DNA of 63,701 nt, the filler included, from Perkinsus chesapeaki ATCC PRA-425 (lineage: Eukaryota; Protista; Perkinsozoa), in NCBI GenBank assembly GCA_013115145.1. It is 7 parts of 7 records of this genome, joined end to end, with 100 filler letters (N's around TTAATTAATTAA, not from the genome) between each part and the next. Parts side by side here need not be neighbours in the genome. Positions count along the whole stretch, not along the records: positions 59,719 to 63,701 come from JAAPAO010001332.1; 6 more parts are not named here. One strand, written 5' to 3'. This document shows positions 62,211 to 63,701 of the stretch, one piece after another. A program made the position numbers and the translations under genes. The stretch's first letter is position 1, and each line of letters starts with the position of its first letter. The notes beneath the pieces were generated by a model. It did no database searches. It saw only the letters and a list, made by a program, of their open reading frames with translations, and was not told where the DNA came from.

Positions 62211-63701
62211 AGCAGTTATGGTGCAATCCCTTTAGTGAGACATAAACTCCGGTTACCTATTGTTACTCTGTCTGGCTCGTGAGCGCCTGGAGATCTAACA
62301 AGAGAGGCTTTCTGCCATCCGGTATAGCGATGTCCTCCACGCGTTCACGGGCACGAGCTCGATAAGCTTCCCTATTGAGTCTCTTATTCCCTTCAATGTG
62401 CTCACATTTCTGCATTGGTGCTAATTATCCCTGCTTACACAACTCGGTAATTGTCCTGCCGATACCGCTGCCATGGTACATAATGCAGTCAGAAACCGAC
62501 AACATAGATAGTAATCACGCAGCACATTCCTTTCTCTAACGCAGACTTGCTCCCCTCTCTTGGCCATACAAAGGTCACCGCATCTGAAGACGTTACTGTG
62601 AATCAATTCTGAGCGGGATTCTCATACCGTCTCCTCCGCCAGAGTTCCACCAGCAGGATGTAGAGACATGTATAGAGGAGTTGTTACGTTGCATCATTGC
62701 GCAGTTCACTGAGACCGTGTAGGTTGGGCAAGTAAGCTCAACGAATCTTTTTATAAAGATTCGTTACAGCTCCGTATGCCTACCAATATACTTGTTGGAT
62801 TTCTTATAGACTTTCAGTCTTCCCATGATCAATTCGCATATTTGGTCGCTCCAGGCCTTCGCACAGGAGTCGTCGTATCTATGTCCATCACAGTCACATT
62901 TCCTCAGGACCTTCCGCCGGTTTGTTGAGTCAGGATGGTCTTACACTCTAAAGCGAAATGCTCTTTCTATCTCTTCGTACAATGTCTTGGATAGCTCTTC
63001 GCCGTTCCAAACGGGCTACAGTGAAACGAGCATGAAGTGATGACACTCAGAGATATAGATACGTCTGGGGTTGACTCTTGCTCCATGTCTCTTCGCGTTA
63101 GGTCTATCAATCGGTGTAATGGTGCCCAAGGTGTCCGGTTACCACCACTTTCGCACTAAATATCGGCGAGCGCGGTGGAAGATGCACTGTACGCAAGTAC
63201 AAACGCGTTTCCGATTTTTCTGGTAACTATAAGAAGCGCTCATCGCTGTTCCGGCCCCGACTAGATTACCCGTTTTATTTAATCCGCCAGCTCGTGATTC
63301 ACCGGCCAGGAAGATGGAGCATTGAGTTGCTCCTCATTGGTACCAGGCGTAACTCCGATTTCAGTTTTTGCTCAGTTCATCACCTGCCGTAAGCATGAAT
63401 GTTATGCTTCTGCATATTCTTATCGGTATCGTGATGGCTGCTGTTGGCTTCCAGAATTCCGACATCAAGGCAGGTTCATCCCACTCAGTACAGAACTTAG
63501 CAGGCGAGGAGGATCTGCTAGCAACGTTGGAGCTGCTTTTTAGTATCATCGAAGGGCAACTTTCCAAAGAGAATGAATTGAAGGAGCAGGTTAAGAATAC
63601 TAATATCTTTTTGACTCCTTATGAGTTTGAGACTAAGATGACTCAAGTCTTCTCTATAATCATGAAGGAAGGTGTCTTTGCTGCTGCTCCTCTTTGGCAA
63701 G

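Noticed and set aside
63361-63701. Protein kinase C-terminal fragment (FILFGKLPFDD)
   Set aside because: Only one weak subdomain-IX-like motif at the window edge, with no other kinase motifs visible

Overview
Eukaryotic, gene-dense scaffold with short (~40-120 nt) spliceosomal introns and seven assembly gaps, six carrying an artificial TTAATTAATTAA spacer. Gene style and content suggest a Perkinsus-like parasitic alveolate (inference). From left to right: (1) five closely spaced + strand genes: syntaxin-16/SYP4-like SNARE, SSSCA1/ZNRD2-like, a coiled-coil protein, a small CCT-motif protein and a degenerate ABCC transporter; (2) an S10 serine carboxypeptidase, an Sfi1-like fragment, an LpqC/PHB-depolymerase-like esterase, LRRC9, rpl10 and a calmodulin-like gene; (3) a tyrosine-recombinase (DIRS/Ngaro-type) retrotransposon with CCCH-finger gag and RT-RNaseH ORFs intact and a YR carrying one nonsense codon; (4) two intronless pepsin-family proteases and a decayed tandem array of an unknown gene; (5) a coiled-coil/MATH-like gene and three secreted mucin-like paralogs with bacterial-style lipobox signal peptides; (6) a FAM184-like coiled-coil gene and an S/T-rich protein. 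No rRNA, tRNA or CRISPR array was recognised. Exon models were built by eye, and outer ends of the long genes are approximate.
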